DNA from: Magallana gigas
Lineage: Eukaryota
Assembly: GCF_963853765.1 (NCBI RefSeq)
Contig: NC_088860.1
Span: 25,668,001-25,732,000, forward strand
DNA length: 64,000 bases
Direction of reading: 5' to 3'
Part shown: in pieces, positions 1 to 13,500 of the stretch
Layout: each line of letters starts with the position of its first letter
Numbering within the stretch: position 1 is the stretch's first letter
Notes under the pieces: model-generated
What the model was told of the DNA's origin: nothing
Database searches by the model: none
The model's input: the letters and a program-made list of their open reading frames with translations, nothing else
Position numbers and translations under genes: made by a program

Positions 1-934
1 AAAGAAAATATCTCCAAAAGCATCCTTATCTCTACCACAAAGTTGGGACAAGAACACCCCCCCCCCCCCCGGCGGAAAATTACACGGGGTCGACAAGTTG
101 GTCAATTAAATAACTGAGATGCAAAGTTACCAAGAAGAAAAAAAAACAATATTTTAAGATATTGGTTTTGAGATTTTGATTAATATGAGACATAAGAAGC
201 GAACCCACCCACCCCCTTATAAAAATATTTAAAAAATTCAATAGATAAGGTTAACTGTCGTGAAATTAGAATGTGTAAAATTATTTCTAAAAATGTTTCA
301 TTTGGCACTGTCGGCAATGAATAGGGAAAAAAGCCTATCATACAGGTGAAAATTGGCATTTTTTTTTATTTCAAGCAATAACCGGTATTACGGGATATGA
401 ATATAAACTGAATGTCGGTTCAATACAGACTCACTTAGTGAAGTTGGATGATGAAAATTTTTTAGGAGAGCTATTATATATAATACAGCTTTACAGTCGC
501 TTGTGAAGATGTACTGTTTACCATAGCGCAGGTACTTAGTTTTGTAAAATGATCGTCAATACAGTTTATTTTAAAATATTTTTGATTATTTTAAAAACTC
601 TACCAGTTCATAAACGATCAATTTCATCTGACCCACCCCGTTCCTTCATTTCAGAAATCCAATTATACCCTTTTGTTACTATTTCTTCAAAACCTTTCAA
701 TATTTCACAAAACTTTGTTCTTTAATTATTTATAATAAAGCATCTTTTTATAAGAGTTTTAGGTTGTTTTGTTATTTATCTTCTACTTGCACAATAAAAT
801 CATTTTGATATTTATAAAAAAGTATAAATACATGTATAGTTACATACATTTTTTCCGCGAAAAAATATCAAATCTTTGCAAGTCGTTTATTTTCTAACCA
901 ATTCAGAAAAATAAAAAGAGAAAAGCTGTCAATG

Positions 935-1287
935 TGACAACAGACCGAGTTTTCCTTTGTGTGAACAGTGTCCATAATCCATTTGTCAATTGATAAATAC
1001 TACCTATCCAGAGAAATGGGGTACTCTATATGCAATATTGTTGCCAAAAATGACTAAGTTCAACAGCTGGTTTTTTCCCCACAAATTATCAGAAATCAAA
1101 ATTCTAGCAATTTGCATACCTCTGATATATGTATAATATGATCTGCAAGAGAACAACTATCTATCTTGAAAACTGTATGAGGAGTTATCGGTACGATAAA
1201 GGTTCCCTTTTGGCAGCCATCCGCCCGTCGGCCATTTTCACTAAATTTCAATAACCGAATTTTTCCTTTCGAAAACCTGGTTAAAAA
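935..1287 (+). mobile_element. Partial non-autonomous Helentron/HINE-like element
   Basis: Ends in an imperfect hairpin (aaccgaatttttcc-tttc-gaaaacctggtt) followed by an A-run and preceded by a ccgcccg core; a similar motif (accgagttttcc) lies near 945. Resembles common oyster Helentron repeats from memory; 5' boundary uncertain. Confidence 0.45.
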
Positions 1288-2866
1288 TTCTTTCAAAATT
1301 CTTAGAATTCAGAAGCAATGGAGCTACATGGGACCTCACGACGATCCCCGAACCCCATGCCGCTCAAAATATATTCACCCCCTTAGGGAATTTCTTGATC
1401 CGTCTAATTTCTAGAGAAGAGTACGCATAAACTTATATTTCATATCAAATTATTTTAGTGAAATATGATATCATTTCTTTTTAACCCTTATCGTTTAATA
1501 CCACGAGAATTATATTACTGAAATTAGCGCATTTGTCAAATCGGCAACGATTTTTATAATATTCATGAACCTCTTCCTGTTTGGTCCAGTTTCAATTACC
1601 TCCTAATTTTTCTAAATATAATACAGGTATTTTCGATAGAAAAATAGTTTAGCTGAATATTATGGTTTTTTTCATTCCGGCGATTACGACATGCTTTTTC
1701 CCCGCAGCAAGGCAGTTGCCATATAAGGTCATGTCAAAATTCGACAAACTTGTAGACTTTACATTTGTCAATTTGTATAATGTCAAATGTGCTATTGTCG
1801 ATTCTGAAGATACAAAGCAGAAACTCCGGATTGAAAGTGTGCAAAGTTGAAGCTTTGATTAATTAATGAAAACAATAAAGCTGCAAAATGTGCATTATAC
1901 GAAGGAAATGAGTCAAATCTTACATGTTGATACCCGAGTTTTAAGGTTACACGATCAGAATAACACACTTTTATACTTAGGCTCACACACCAACACGATA
2001 GCATATTCACAATTACATGCTAACTTGTCTGGATTTTTTAACACAATTGCCCTCCATACCTCATTACTTACTAGGAATTGTTGAAAGCGGCACACAATAG
2101 AATGACCCAATATATTAAGTACTTTATTGGGCTCCATAAGTAAAATAAAACAAAAATATAAACCTTACCGCTTTAAAGATCGCTTTGAAAATTTTCAATG
2201 CTTAGAGATCAGCGTCCTGAAAGAAAATGAGAACCCACGCTATTAAAATGACGCTCCCAAAATTTTACCGCGAAATAAATTTATTGGTTACATCCGGCGA
2301 CGTTGGTTTTGTGTCCATTTATGAAGATGCTGTATAACTTTGACAATACCGCAGGAAAGATAACTCTCGCGAACTTAACAGAAATTTTCAATATGCATAA
2401 AATATCTTAAGAACTCTTAAAATTCTTTTATACAAGCACTATACTTCGTAGAAATATTTAGAAAAAAGAAAGACGTAAAAACACGTACATCTAAAAAACA
2501 TAATGTAAACTTGGATGCGAAATGGCCGTGTACATATGTTACAAATGAACATTTTTACCGCCATACATGCATGATCTTAGCTTCAAAAATTAATAATAGA
2601 AAACTAATTTTATTCAGCCTTAAAAATCCTGAACATGACTAAACAGCAAGCAAATTAAAAACAGACTCAGCTCAAAAGGATGAGCCTAATACGTAATAGG
2701 CCTACTTCCATTACTTGTTAGCATGATGACGCGACGCGTAATAATTGTGACGTAACATTAAAAATTTGTCGATTTTGTTGATTGTGACGTCACAATAAAG
2801 TGAAAGGCTAGGATGAATTGTGTACATTGGGATTTTCAATTTGATCATCATTTATTTTGATCAATC

Positions 2867-3627
2867 ATGTTTAAAGATTTTATGAAAAGGTATGCATATG
2901 TAGATATCTTAAAATTTACTCATAATAATTTCTGTAATCTTTCAATGTTATCATTGATATGTACAATTGATCAATGTATGCGAAACTTAACTATACATAT
3001 GGTAACTGTTCATCATAATATGGGCCTAATATAATTTGTAAAGAATAAACCACACGAATTATTTAATTAATCAATGAAAGGCTGATGTTAATAGGTACCG
3101 GTATACATGTACTAAGTAATCATTTACATTTTCATGTTGTTGTTGTTGTTTTTGTTTTTTGTAGAATCGTTGGAGTTCCGATGTTTTCCACATCGTGGAT
3201 CACGATGTTGAGTTGCGAGGTTAGACGCCAAGACAAGGAGGATAGATTGCGCCAAGAACTTCAGAAGTTTCAGTCAGATCAAAATGTCAAGCTCGACGCA
3301 AAGACCAGGCTAAAGTTCTACCAGTTCCTGAAACCCGAAGGTAAATTTATTATCAAAGGATTCATTAGCTTTGCAAGCGTTTCGGGTTTGCTTCATTCCC
3401 GTTGTTACAAAATAGGTAAAACATAAAACAGGTGCATACAAAAGAAAATGTATGCGATTTTTGGGAAAGAATTTTTCGAAAGTTTATTTATCTGGTCAAT
3501 TTATGAAAGTAGCGTGTATTTTTTGTCTTTTATAGAAGTTTACGAGGGACCACGGGTTAAAGACCAAACACCGTCTCAAATACAAGAGATGCTGGAAGTA
3601 ATTTATGATAGAATGCAGTACTTCTGA
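2867..3627 (+). CDS. Candidate 3-exon gene, 96-aa protein of unknown function
   Basis: Exons 2867-2889, 3165-3340, 3536-3627; GT-AG introns with pyrimidine tracts and matching phases (2, 1). Protein MFKDFMKRIVGVPMFSTSW...KEDRLRQELQKFQSDQNVKLDAKTRLKFYQFLKPEEVYEGPRVKDQTPSQIQEMLEVIYDRMQYF*. Exon 1 is the least certain part. Confidence 0.5.
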
Positions 3628-6600
3628 TGAGGCCCAGGCTTATTACCATTCGTCTATTCTACCACTGAAATAGACGGCGTTTGCGATAATGGGCAAATGA
3701 AAATGAAGAGAGGATTATATTAATAACTGTTTTCACAAGAATGTTCTGCAGTACTTTTGGAATTGGCAAATTCTGGCAGTCAGAGAAACACCGAGGTTGT
3801 GAGGTTTTGCTTTTTTGCGATAAGATACAGATGTACAAGTGGAACAAATTTGATAACTTGGTTTTGCCGTAGACAAGACACAGAAGGACACTCTATCCTC
3901 TTTCTACCTGTATTATATCACCTTTAATTCCACTTACCCTGATTTTTTTAAGTCTAATATTTTTTTCCAATTTATGTTGAAGTTCAAAAGTACGCCAATG
4001 AACAACTAAAGATCAAAACTTGCGTTTTTTGTTTGATTTTACCCAATTTGTCAATACGAGCATTATCATGACATTTCTAAACATATGGCGGTTCACACAT
4101 TCAATGCATGCATCATTCACTTCCGGTGATCCAGCCTCGTCCAAAGATTCGCCTTCGCCATTCTTACGAGGTGTTTTTCGCCTATTTGGGAATGGCTGGT
4201 GGGACTATTTGACAAACAGAAGACGTTCCTGGAGGTGAAAGGTCGGTAAAAGAGAAGGGCATATTTAATATGAGTAACCTGTTCAAATGTGTTTTTATTG
4301 ATTATCACCTGTTCTTTATAAATAATTATTAATCAATGTCATCTATAAAAATATTAAGACACCTTTTATTTTTATTGATATTTAGTATTATACTAACCGC
4401 TGATTTTACTTTAATCTTGGTGACTCATAAATTCGTTTGTTGTCTCCCACATCTTTTAATTTGGTTTGACAGTTACCATGGTTACTAATATTCATTACAT
4501 AATCTAACGAACTTTTGTCTCAAAATCATTTTGTCACTAACCTAGCGACTGACTTTTCTCATCATTCACCAGATAAAAAAAAGAACAACCCACAAACGTA
4601 TCTCACCCTTGACAAGCGAAGATGCAAAATGGTTGCACGAGATGTTCATAAAACTTCAAAAATCACATGTAGCAAAAATGAAGCTTGAGCATATTCTGTA
4701 AACACTTGATGTCTTTTTCAGTTTGATGAACCTCTGTGGAAAAAGTAAAAGAAACACATTTTTCTAATTGACAGAGTGTAGTTCTTTATTATTGTCAGGT
4801 ACAATATGATAAAATTTTTATTTCTTTAAATTTGTCTTTAGTACATGGTCATGCAAGCATCGAGCTGAAATATATAAAAAGTTACCTTTTTAACAGTATT
4901 CAAATGATTAAAGTAGAAACATAACATTATTCACCGTAGCAAGAGAATGGTACAACAAAGCTAGCATTTTAGTATAATAATCGAAATCTACATGAATTTA
5001 TGACTCCATTCATGCCTTTGTAACCCAGTGGAAGGGACCATGAATTCATCAATGACATGCAAAACACTGGAAGAAGACTGATAAACCAATAGGCCAATAC
5101 TATAATAACAACACCATCATGGTTCCTTTGGTTGTGATGGACGTTACATTTAGGGTCAATTCTGATTAATACACTACTTTAACAGTTGGTCCAGTATTGA
5201 CGTGGGTGTAAGAATGATAAATATCCCCAAAAATGATATAATTGGTCCGAATGCCACAGAGGTTTCTTTTTTTTAATCTGGAGTCTTTACAATCATAGAT
5301 GACATATTGGAATTTAAACGGAAAAAATTCCAGAAAGGTCCTTGATAAATACAATACCATACACAATGGAAGATTTTTATGACCTCTTCCACGACCATGT
5401 TGACTTATCACTGTTTTCTATCTACAAGTTATACAAAGCTTTATTTAATTACTACAACTCATGTACGTTGTATTGTTATCCCATTTATGGTCATGTGCAT
5501 TTAAAATTTAAGAGGAAAATCTTACAAAAAGGCTATTTAGAGTAAGAAAACCGCAATGTACAATCTTGTATTATCAAGATCTCAGCTACCGTTTATATGG
5601 TATATTACTCAAAGATACAACACAACATTGTTGGAAAAAAAAAGAAAAAAAAATGAGCGGCTTTCTTTTCTTTCTTTTCTCATCCGAATTCATTTAATAT
5701 AATTGATATGACTTTGTAATGCAGGCAATATACTAGTATTCTGTAGGTTCTTTTATCGTGTAAAACTCAAAATCAGCAGTTATGTAGAAAAAATCAAGCA
5801 AATATCATTTTGCAAGAACTTTAATTCCTTCAACTATTAAGCTTTTTAATAATCTTAGTGACGATGTAAAGACTCTCTCTCACTTCCAATTAAAAAAAAG
5901 AGCTTAAAAGCTTGGGAGGAACGAGTTCTTGTAAATATTTCAATGTCGGTAGCAACTTAAAAATAAAGCTAGAAATCTTAATTCGTACTTAAAAAGTCAT
6001 TTTTATCAGATGAACAGCTACATGTATGTGAAAAATGTGGTTATTATATAAAAGACAGTAATTTATGCAGTGTCCATATTATTATTTTGAACTAAATAGA
6101 CTTGTAAATAAACTAACTGATAATATTGGTGTTGGATTTGAACTTGAAACTCTAGTAAGGGGAAAATCAAATATTTTGATCAAATTCCTTTTTTTTTATT
6201 TTTTATTTGAATGTTTTTATGCATACTCCTATTAAATTGTGACTTATATATTAAAATGTATACTAATGAATTGTAACTTGGCCTGCTTATACAAGGAGAG
6301 GAATAACATAAGCATAGTCTGTTTTCTAATTCTTATTATTAAATCAATCCATTGAAATATATTTAAACCATCTGTGAAGTCGTTTTTCTAAATAATGACC
6401 ATCTCCCCTTCCCTTGTCTTGATTAATATTTGCGAAAGATGTAAATGTTACCGTTAACTTCTCAAGAATGTTTTGATATAACCAAGTTAGGTTGTGAGTA
6501 ACTTTGACTTATCGATATATTTTTAAAAAAAAATAAGATTATGCAAAATTCACCTATTAACATCAAGGTTATGAGCAATTGTGTGACTACTAGTATGCGT

Positions 6601-7118
6601 TCGTTGTTTAAAATATGAAAAGATATTCAGACCGATAATTACTGAAGTGTGTTCGTTGTAAAAAAAAAAAATCAACGTATTTTTATATTAATTATCATTA
6701 GACAAAAAAGAAATCACTCTTAACTATTCAATTTTTTATTAGTATAAACAAACAAACAATCAAATAAATAATTCATTCTGTATTTAAAATACAAAATAAA
6801 ACTTCGCTGATCAACAGCCATATAAATTCTCGAGCCAGCTCGATGATATCATAAAACGAAAAATAATGTAAACGCTGTTCATGCAAAAATATCAAAACAA
6901 CAAATGAATATGATATACAATGAAACAGCAAGCATTGGCGATCGGGACAGAAATGCCGCTACTTTTTTGGTCGTCGAACTTCTTGGAAAGCGATTTGTTG
7001 AAGAGCAGAGTCTTCGACCAGTAAGCACTATTTCAGACAAGCAATAGTGAAATCCAGTAGTTGTCAATGGTGTGACGGAAGCTATCTAGAGAGAGCATGG
7101 TACCCTGTGTTCAAAACA

Positions 7119-7387
7119 TCAGCACGACAGTTGTTGCTCATTTTGACTGTAGTATCCTTTACTATCTTTAAAAGGCGAATCGCCCCAACCTGTAAAGAGA
7201 GAGAGAGAGAGGAAACAATTAAGTTGATTGAAATCACCCACATACAGCATAGCTACCATGTTACCATTACTGCTAGATAAATTCCCCTTTAAATGGACAT
7301 CGTAGGTAACACTAGCAGATTTGTTCTTAAAGACAGTAATTTGGCACCAAAGGTAAATGCCAGATTCATTTATTGACGTGTTCGGCT
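7119..7387 (-). CDS. Candidate last two exons of an unidentified gene
   Basis: Exon 7387-7265 (phase 1-1; PNTSINESGIYLWCQITVFKNKSASVTYDVHLKGNLSSSN), a 75-nt intron with a (CT)n-ttacag acceptor, then exon 7189-7119 (GWGDSPFKDSKGYYSQNEQQLSC*). No upstream partner found. Confidence 0.25.
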
Positions 7388-9227
7388 CTTAAAAGGCAAA
7401 CAGAAAGTCTCCCCTCAATAAATAGCCAAGGTTACTATGTGCGGGGGTGATGACAAATGGTCGCTAACTATGTCAACAAAAGCTGCCTATCTGCGATGGA
7501 TTGAAAGGGTCATCCAGTAAATAGTGTGGACGCCCTAGAGTGTCATTTCTCCGAGAGTTTAACATCTCCAGAGTCACTAACGTTTACTAACTCATCAGTT
7601 AATCCACGATTCAATAAAAGGTTTCGTCGATTGCCTTTGTGGATTAGTGGCAGCAAGTTTTCCCTTTCTGTTTGTTCTCCTTTTAAGAAGGCATTGATTT
7701 TATTACGGAATTCGAGGAGTTTTTAAATTTTGATAACAACTTCAATGCGCGTAGTGATGCAATGATTTGTAATGTGACGTAAATATTCAACGTTGTTTCG
7801 TCACACTGTCTGGGATGGTGACAGGACCATATCAATCAGAGTCATTTTTAAATGATTGTTAAAATAAGGTGTAACTAGGACTAAATGAAGTCAAAAATAT
7901 TTAAAAGGATTTTTTTTTGCATTTTTATTTATAAAACCATGCAAGTACCCATACAAACAATATTTAAAAAACAATAAAACCCTAATTAACAAACAATATT
8001 TAAACAAAAAATAAAACTTGAGTTTAAAAAAAGGAAATTGCATAATTTTAAAACATCATGCATATTTCAATGAATGCACAGTATATTCATTTTTATTACA
8101 TCTTTCAAATTGTGCAGTTGAAGTTTATTTGCGATGTAAAAATTGCATGTCATGTTTGATTTGGGGTTTTCTTACGTGTGAGAAAAAACTCGGATTTATA
8201 ATATGCATTTAAAAAAAAATTCTTAATATTATAACAACATAATTTGATTTTGAAATAGACCAAAGAAATAATCAAAATTAATTTAGTAAGTAGATTGCCA
8301 GATTATTATAAAAAGGAAATCAATATCCACATACCCCATATTTATTATTTATAAATTATGTATAAAAAGATTATAATACCCAAATCGAATTAGAAATCCT
8401 TTGAGTATACATGCAACATATATCAAAACACTTGCATATCAAAATATTTCAAAATATTGTTTGCTGAAGTGTGAATGTTGTTTTTTTTTTCAATTTAGAT
8501 TTAAATTTGATAAATAAAAGAACATTGCTACATTAATATATATGCGTAATATTAAACTCTATTTATAAACTGCTTAGAAAAATTGTAAATAATGCAAAAA
8601 ATGTTACTACATGTATTAAAACATTGACACTTGAAATATTGATTTCAATGTTTCTTTTTAGAACATGTGGCAATTCCGTTTTATATTTTTAGCTATGATT
8701 ACATCAATTCGAGTTTATTATCTTTCAACGTGTTACGAAATGTTACCTATTTATACTGCAGACTTCAGCAATATATTTTACATTTGTTAGATATTTTTAA
8801 AAATAAAAATACTCTAGATCACTTGTAAAATAATGCAAATGACTTATAAACTCGTTCTAACTATTGCCCAAAGGGATCAACTTGGTAAGCTTGTAAAGAA
8901 AGACAATAACCAGCACTTTATCACATACTGGTTATGTAAAACGTATGCTGACACACAAAATACTACACATACACATGTAATGACATCGTAACAAAATGCA
9001 TTCTGGTATGCATTTTTAAGTAAGAAAATTCTAAACACTTAAATTACATCTGCACAAAAGTTAATTACTTATTTAATTTTGATAGCATTTTTTTTTATTT
9101 CTGTATATAAATTTAAGAACTTTGCACATCAAATCAAAATTAAGACAATTTAAAAAGGAAAAGAATTTTAAACAGAAATGAAATCAAACAAGCTTAATTA
9201 ATAAAAATAAAAATTAATAAAACATAC

Positions 9228-9535
9228 CACTTTTTCCAAACTCGTCGAAATTCTTTTGCGTTTTGCATCAAGTTCAGTAATTTTCTGCTGTTTTCTCGAA
9301 TTTCATCTTGAGTCTTTCTTCTTTGAACTTGGGACGTTCTTCCAGGAATACTTCTCTTGTAAGTTGGTCGTTCTCCTTTTTCTATACATACTTCAGAGCA
9401 GAAGATGTCAATATAACAGCAAGAAACTCGAAATCCTTCATGTCTTTTAATGGCCCTAAGTTTTTTCCATGATTTCGAGGACAAAGTGACTTGCAGGCAT
9501 GCAATAATAACAAGAGACAATTTCCAGAATTTCAT
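9228..9535 (-). CDS. Candidate first exon of a secreted precursor (signal peptide, dibasic sites, 4-Cys segment)
   Basis: ATG at 9535 then MKFWKLSLVIIACLQVTLS (signal-like); KR-HEGFRVSCCYIDIFCSEVCIEKGERPTY-KR; consensus donor TG|gtatgt after 9228. Downstream exon not resolved. Confidence 0.45.
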
Positions 9536-10380
9536 CGTTATGTTTATAATACTGGCAAAAATACTATTTCTTTCGTGTAATTCACGAGTTACATACTATT
9601 CAAACGAGACTATCGGTATTTATACTCTGTATCTAACATTTCCGGCCGAAATTCCCTTATACGGTTAAGTGGGAGGGGCTTCAATGTGTGTTTGATATTT
9701 TCATTGGAGAACAAACAAACCCAAACTGTTGCTCTTTATGTGTTCAAATCAATTCCCTCTTATCAGAAGTGATTAAACAATGTACCACTAATTGAATCAA
9801 AATACACGCGTTCGATAAATTTTTCTGTGAAATTAATTTTAATGTCAAAAGAATCGAAGTGCCTGCCAATTTTGAAAAAGAATCACCATTCTAATATAAC
9901 AAATCGGTATTACAAAAGGCCTCCCCGCCAAGGATTTTATTTGACCTTCGACGAAACATTTCAAATATTGCGGGGGTGTTGGGATATCTCAAGATTTACG
10001 ATGCCTATTTAATAGGGGGATTAAATGATACCAGTTATTATAAAAGCGGTTATCAGTTTCCAGAGTATGGTAGCTGGGTGTTTCCTCAGTGAAGAATTAT
10101 AAAAATCTTTTATGAACGTCCCTATTCGACAACTCTGTTTTAATTTATTTATGTCTGTATTTGCTTCCAAGAGTAAATAAACATTCTCCTCTTTTAAAAA
10201 AATATAACCTTAATGACGTAATAAAATGTCCTAAAACTATACAGATCAACCCCTATCTTTTATATTCTAGAACTCCGTGCAGGATACATATGATAACATG
10301 ATTGATGTTTAATAAGCTATTTGTAATCTGCAGCTGTTGTAAAATGCTACTGTCTATATCAATTTTGCAATGATTTAGGT

Positions 10381-10543
10381 ATATGAAAATTATTCATTTT
10401 CCTCGCTCTTTACAATTCATCATGATATATATTGTATGAAAAGTGTTCATTTTCCTCGCTCTTTACAATTCATCATGATATATATTGTATGAAATATATT
10501 CATTTTCCTTGCTCTTTACAATTCATAATGGTATATTTTGTAT
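10381..10543. repeat. 53-bp minisatellite, ~3 copies
   Basis: Unit ttcattttcctcgctctttacaattcatcatgatatatattgtatgaaaagtg repeated with few changes. Confidence 0.9.
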
Positions 10544-13500
10544 TTCTAGTCGATCTTTTTCTTCGAACTTAAATGGCTAGCTACTTGTTTTATGTGTTTG
10601 ATAAAAGTTTAAAAATTCATGATCTCTTGTAATTTGAAAAATTGGAGCAAAAAAACACACATGGAAAGAAATTCTAAGACCTTTATGAGATGAAAATTTA
10701 CCAAAAATTCATGAGCATAGGGTAGTTTGTTTGGATACATTTTACAAAGTTGACAAAAAGATTGTGTAGTAGATTAAAATTTACAATAAGCTATCTGTCA
10801 ACAGAACATTTTATTACATTGCAAAAGCTATCCGTCTAATATAAAAAAAAAAAAAACTTGCCGTTAGAGACAATTTGACAAAACTGTTTGTTGTGTGTAT
10901 GTCTGGTCAATCTGGTTTCTCAGGGGGCTAGTAAAGTTTTTAGAAATATATCACTTGGCTGGACGAGATTGTCTCTTCAAATTCTGAAGTGTCAAGTGTT
11001 TTAAAATTCCACTCAATGTTTATTAAAGTTATAAGTCTTTTTTACCTACCATTTTGTTATCAATAAGAAAGCTGCTAAATTGAAGAAGTATTATTTGCAT
11101 GTTATACCAATAAAAAAAGGAGAATAATTTTTTAGAATATAAACTTTTATTTAGTAAATGAAAAATCCATATATTTCACTTTCAAGTTTGGGTATTTTTC
11201 TTTTAGTTTTATAAAGAGCCCTTCTTTTAAAAGATCTAAAGAGTCTTAACATGGCCATGACTATCGAGCTCTCTTAAAGGGAAAAAATGTAAATACCCTT
11301 TATTAATTTCAATTTTACTAATCCTCTTTAAAACTATTTACATTCTGTGAACTTGCTTAAACATCTCTCAATAATGAAAATTACATTTGAGAGGATATTT
11401 TTACATATCATAGCAATGAAGAGAAACACTTGTATTGTTATGGCGATAATTTTCAAAAGACCTTTGAAATATTTATTTCATTTTAAATTGTGTGATGAAA
11501 GAAGCCTTACGTAGACTTTGTGGTCTACAAATCAATCATCAGATCTATATACAATTTAAGGCAGATATGTGACTGATGACAATTTAAGAAATAATAAAAA
11601 AATTTCCAACTGGCATTTGCATTTTTATGAGAAAAAAAATGGTTACTACTCATCAATTTTTGACTAGAAAGCACTAAGGACAACTTATATGAATGACAGG
11701 TCACCATAGATTAACGGATTTCAAGAAAATCAGAAAAAAAGTTTTTGTTTTGTTATATTTTTTATATCAAATATGTACACATTCTTTATCTGGTAGAGTT
11801 TGTGAAATAAACTAATATGCAACTATTGCAATCCCAGAACATTAAATTGTCTATTTTTGAAGTTTGTTTTATAACACAATTTATGCCGAAACATAGTTTT
11901 AAAATATACATATTGAATGATATATTAAATAGACGATTCAAGCATGCTGTAAAATTTGTCATAAAGAAAAAAAAAAGTTAAGAAGATTTTGAAAAAAATG
12001 ACGAAAAAATGCTTCTAATGATATGGTGATAAACTTAACATTTTTATGGTACCCTGCTTCTGATTAAAGGGTGTTAAAGTCAATTTAAAAATAATTTCAA
12101 AGCGGATTTCTCCTGTGTTTCTTTTCAGAGTAGACCTACATTGCATTGAAACTAAAATGAAATGTAATTTTGTCGAAGCAGCAAAAAGAAAGTTTTTTTG
12201 ATAAGATGTTATAAAGTTAAAAAAAATATACTATTATTCTCATATCAGATCAGGTTTTGCCGTTACCAATTTTCCTCAAGGTAACACACAGCCTCTGAGT
12301 TGAGTAATTTGTAAATTTTTGCGACGAAGGGGGTCTGATTAAATATATATATTATAATGTCTGTCGAAATACTTCTGAGTGAATAAAAATCAAATAGTTG
12401 GAGGCCCAAAAGAACCCGAAAGCTAATATTTTTTTCGTACAGAACTTGCTGTCTTTAAATTTCTGTGTTGATTAACCTGAGACAGTCGAATGTTTAAGGA
12501 CATCTGCATAGTACCAGTCTTACATGTACGTTAAATATAATGTTATACCGATGGTTAGCTCACTAATATCGTACTACCAAAGGAAAGTTTGTAGATGGTC
12601 GTTACAAAATGATGGCGTCATAACAGTGTCTAAACACAGAAAAAATACAAATGTTCTTAACTTAGTGCATGCGACCCTTACAAACCAAAGTAAGGCATCT
12701 GTATGTGTATACATTTACAACTTTATCAATATTTACTTTTAAGATAAGGAAAGTCTACGTGATCCTCTTATAAATACTTTGAATAGATTCTAGGGTTAAA
12801 AATAGACATTGGCCATTCATCAAATGGTTTCAACTCCTTGGAAGTATATTTTCTTTAATTCTGTAAGACAAAATATGAATGATAAGAATAATTATTACAA
12901 TAGTTGATATTTTTGATAAAAAGGTAAAAAAAAAAAAAAAAGCTTGGTTCGATAAATAACATGCTATCAAATATTTCCATATTTATTTAATAAGAAAAAC
13001 AGAAATTGAAATGATATAGTACAAAGGTCAAATTCAGTTAGATGGTTACATATATAAGAATATTATCAATCAGTTTGCATTGGTATTGATCTATTTACAT
13101 TTTGTTAAACGAACTTGCACACGACGTCTTGCAAAACTTACGAGTAAGAATTGTATTCTTATGTATGAATTTAAATGAACGTATATTCGTGTGTTGTTCC
13201 CTACTCGATTCCCAGTAAGTTATAGATTGAATAGGAAAAGTGACGTACATTTTCTGTACATTTACTGTAAATGCAATGCAAATCGATTCTGGTAGAATTC
13301 TAAAAAAAACTTCCAAGGCAGGTGTGTTTTCTTTTCTTTCTTTTTTTTTTTTGGCAGACATTGAAATAAAATTGTAAAAAGAAGGTGAATTTTCAGAAAC
13401 AACGCAAGAATTTAATAATAAAAAGAAGGTGTAAAATGGATATCTCTTTTCAGTTTATTTGCTCTTCTTGTACCTTACGCTTCCACAGGTCAAATGTGTT

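Noticed and set aside
2720-2800. CRE (TGACGTCA) promoter cluster
   Set aside because: The motif recurs in AT-rich repeat-like sequence elsewhere (e.g. near 39116); no independent support.
4960-5545. Coding-like segments on both strands
   Set aside because: Could not assemble a phase-consistent exon chain or recognise a domain.
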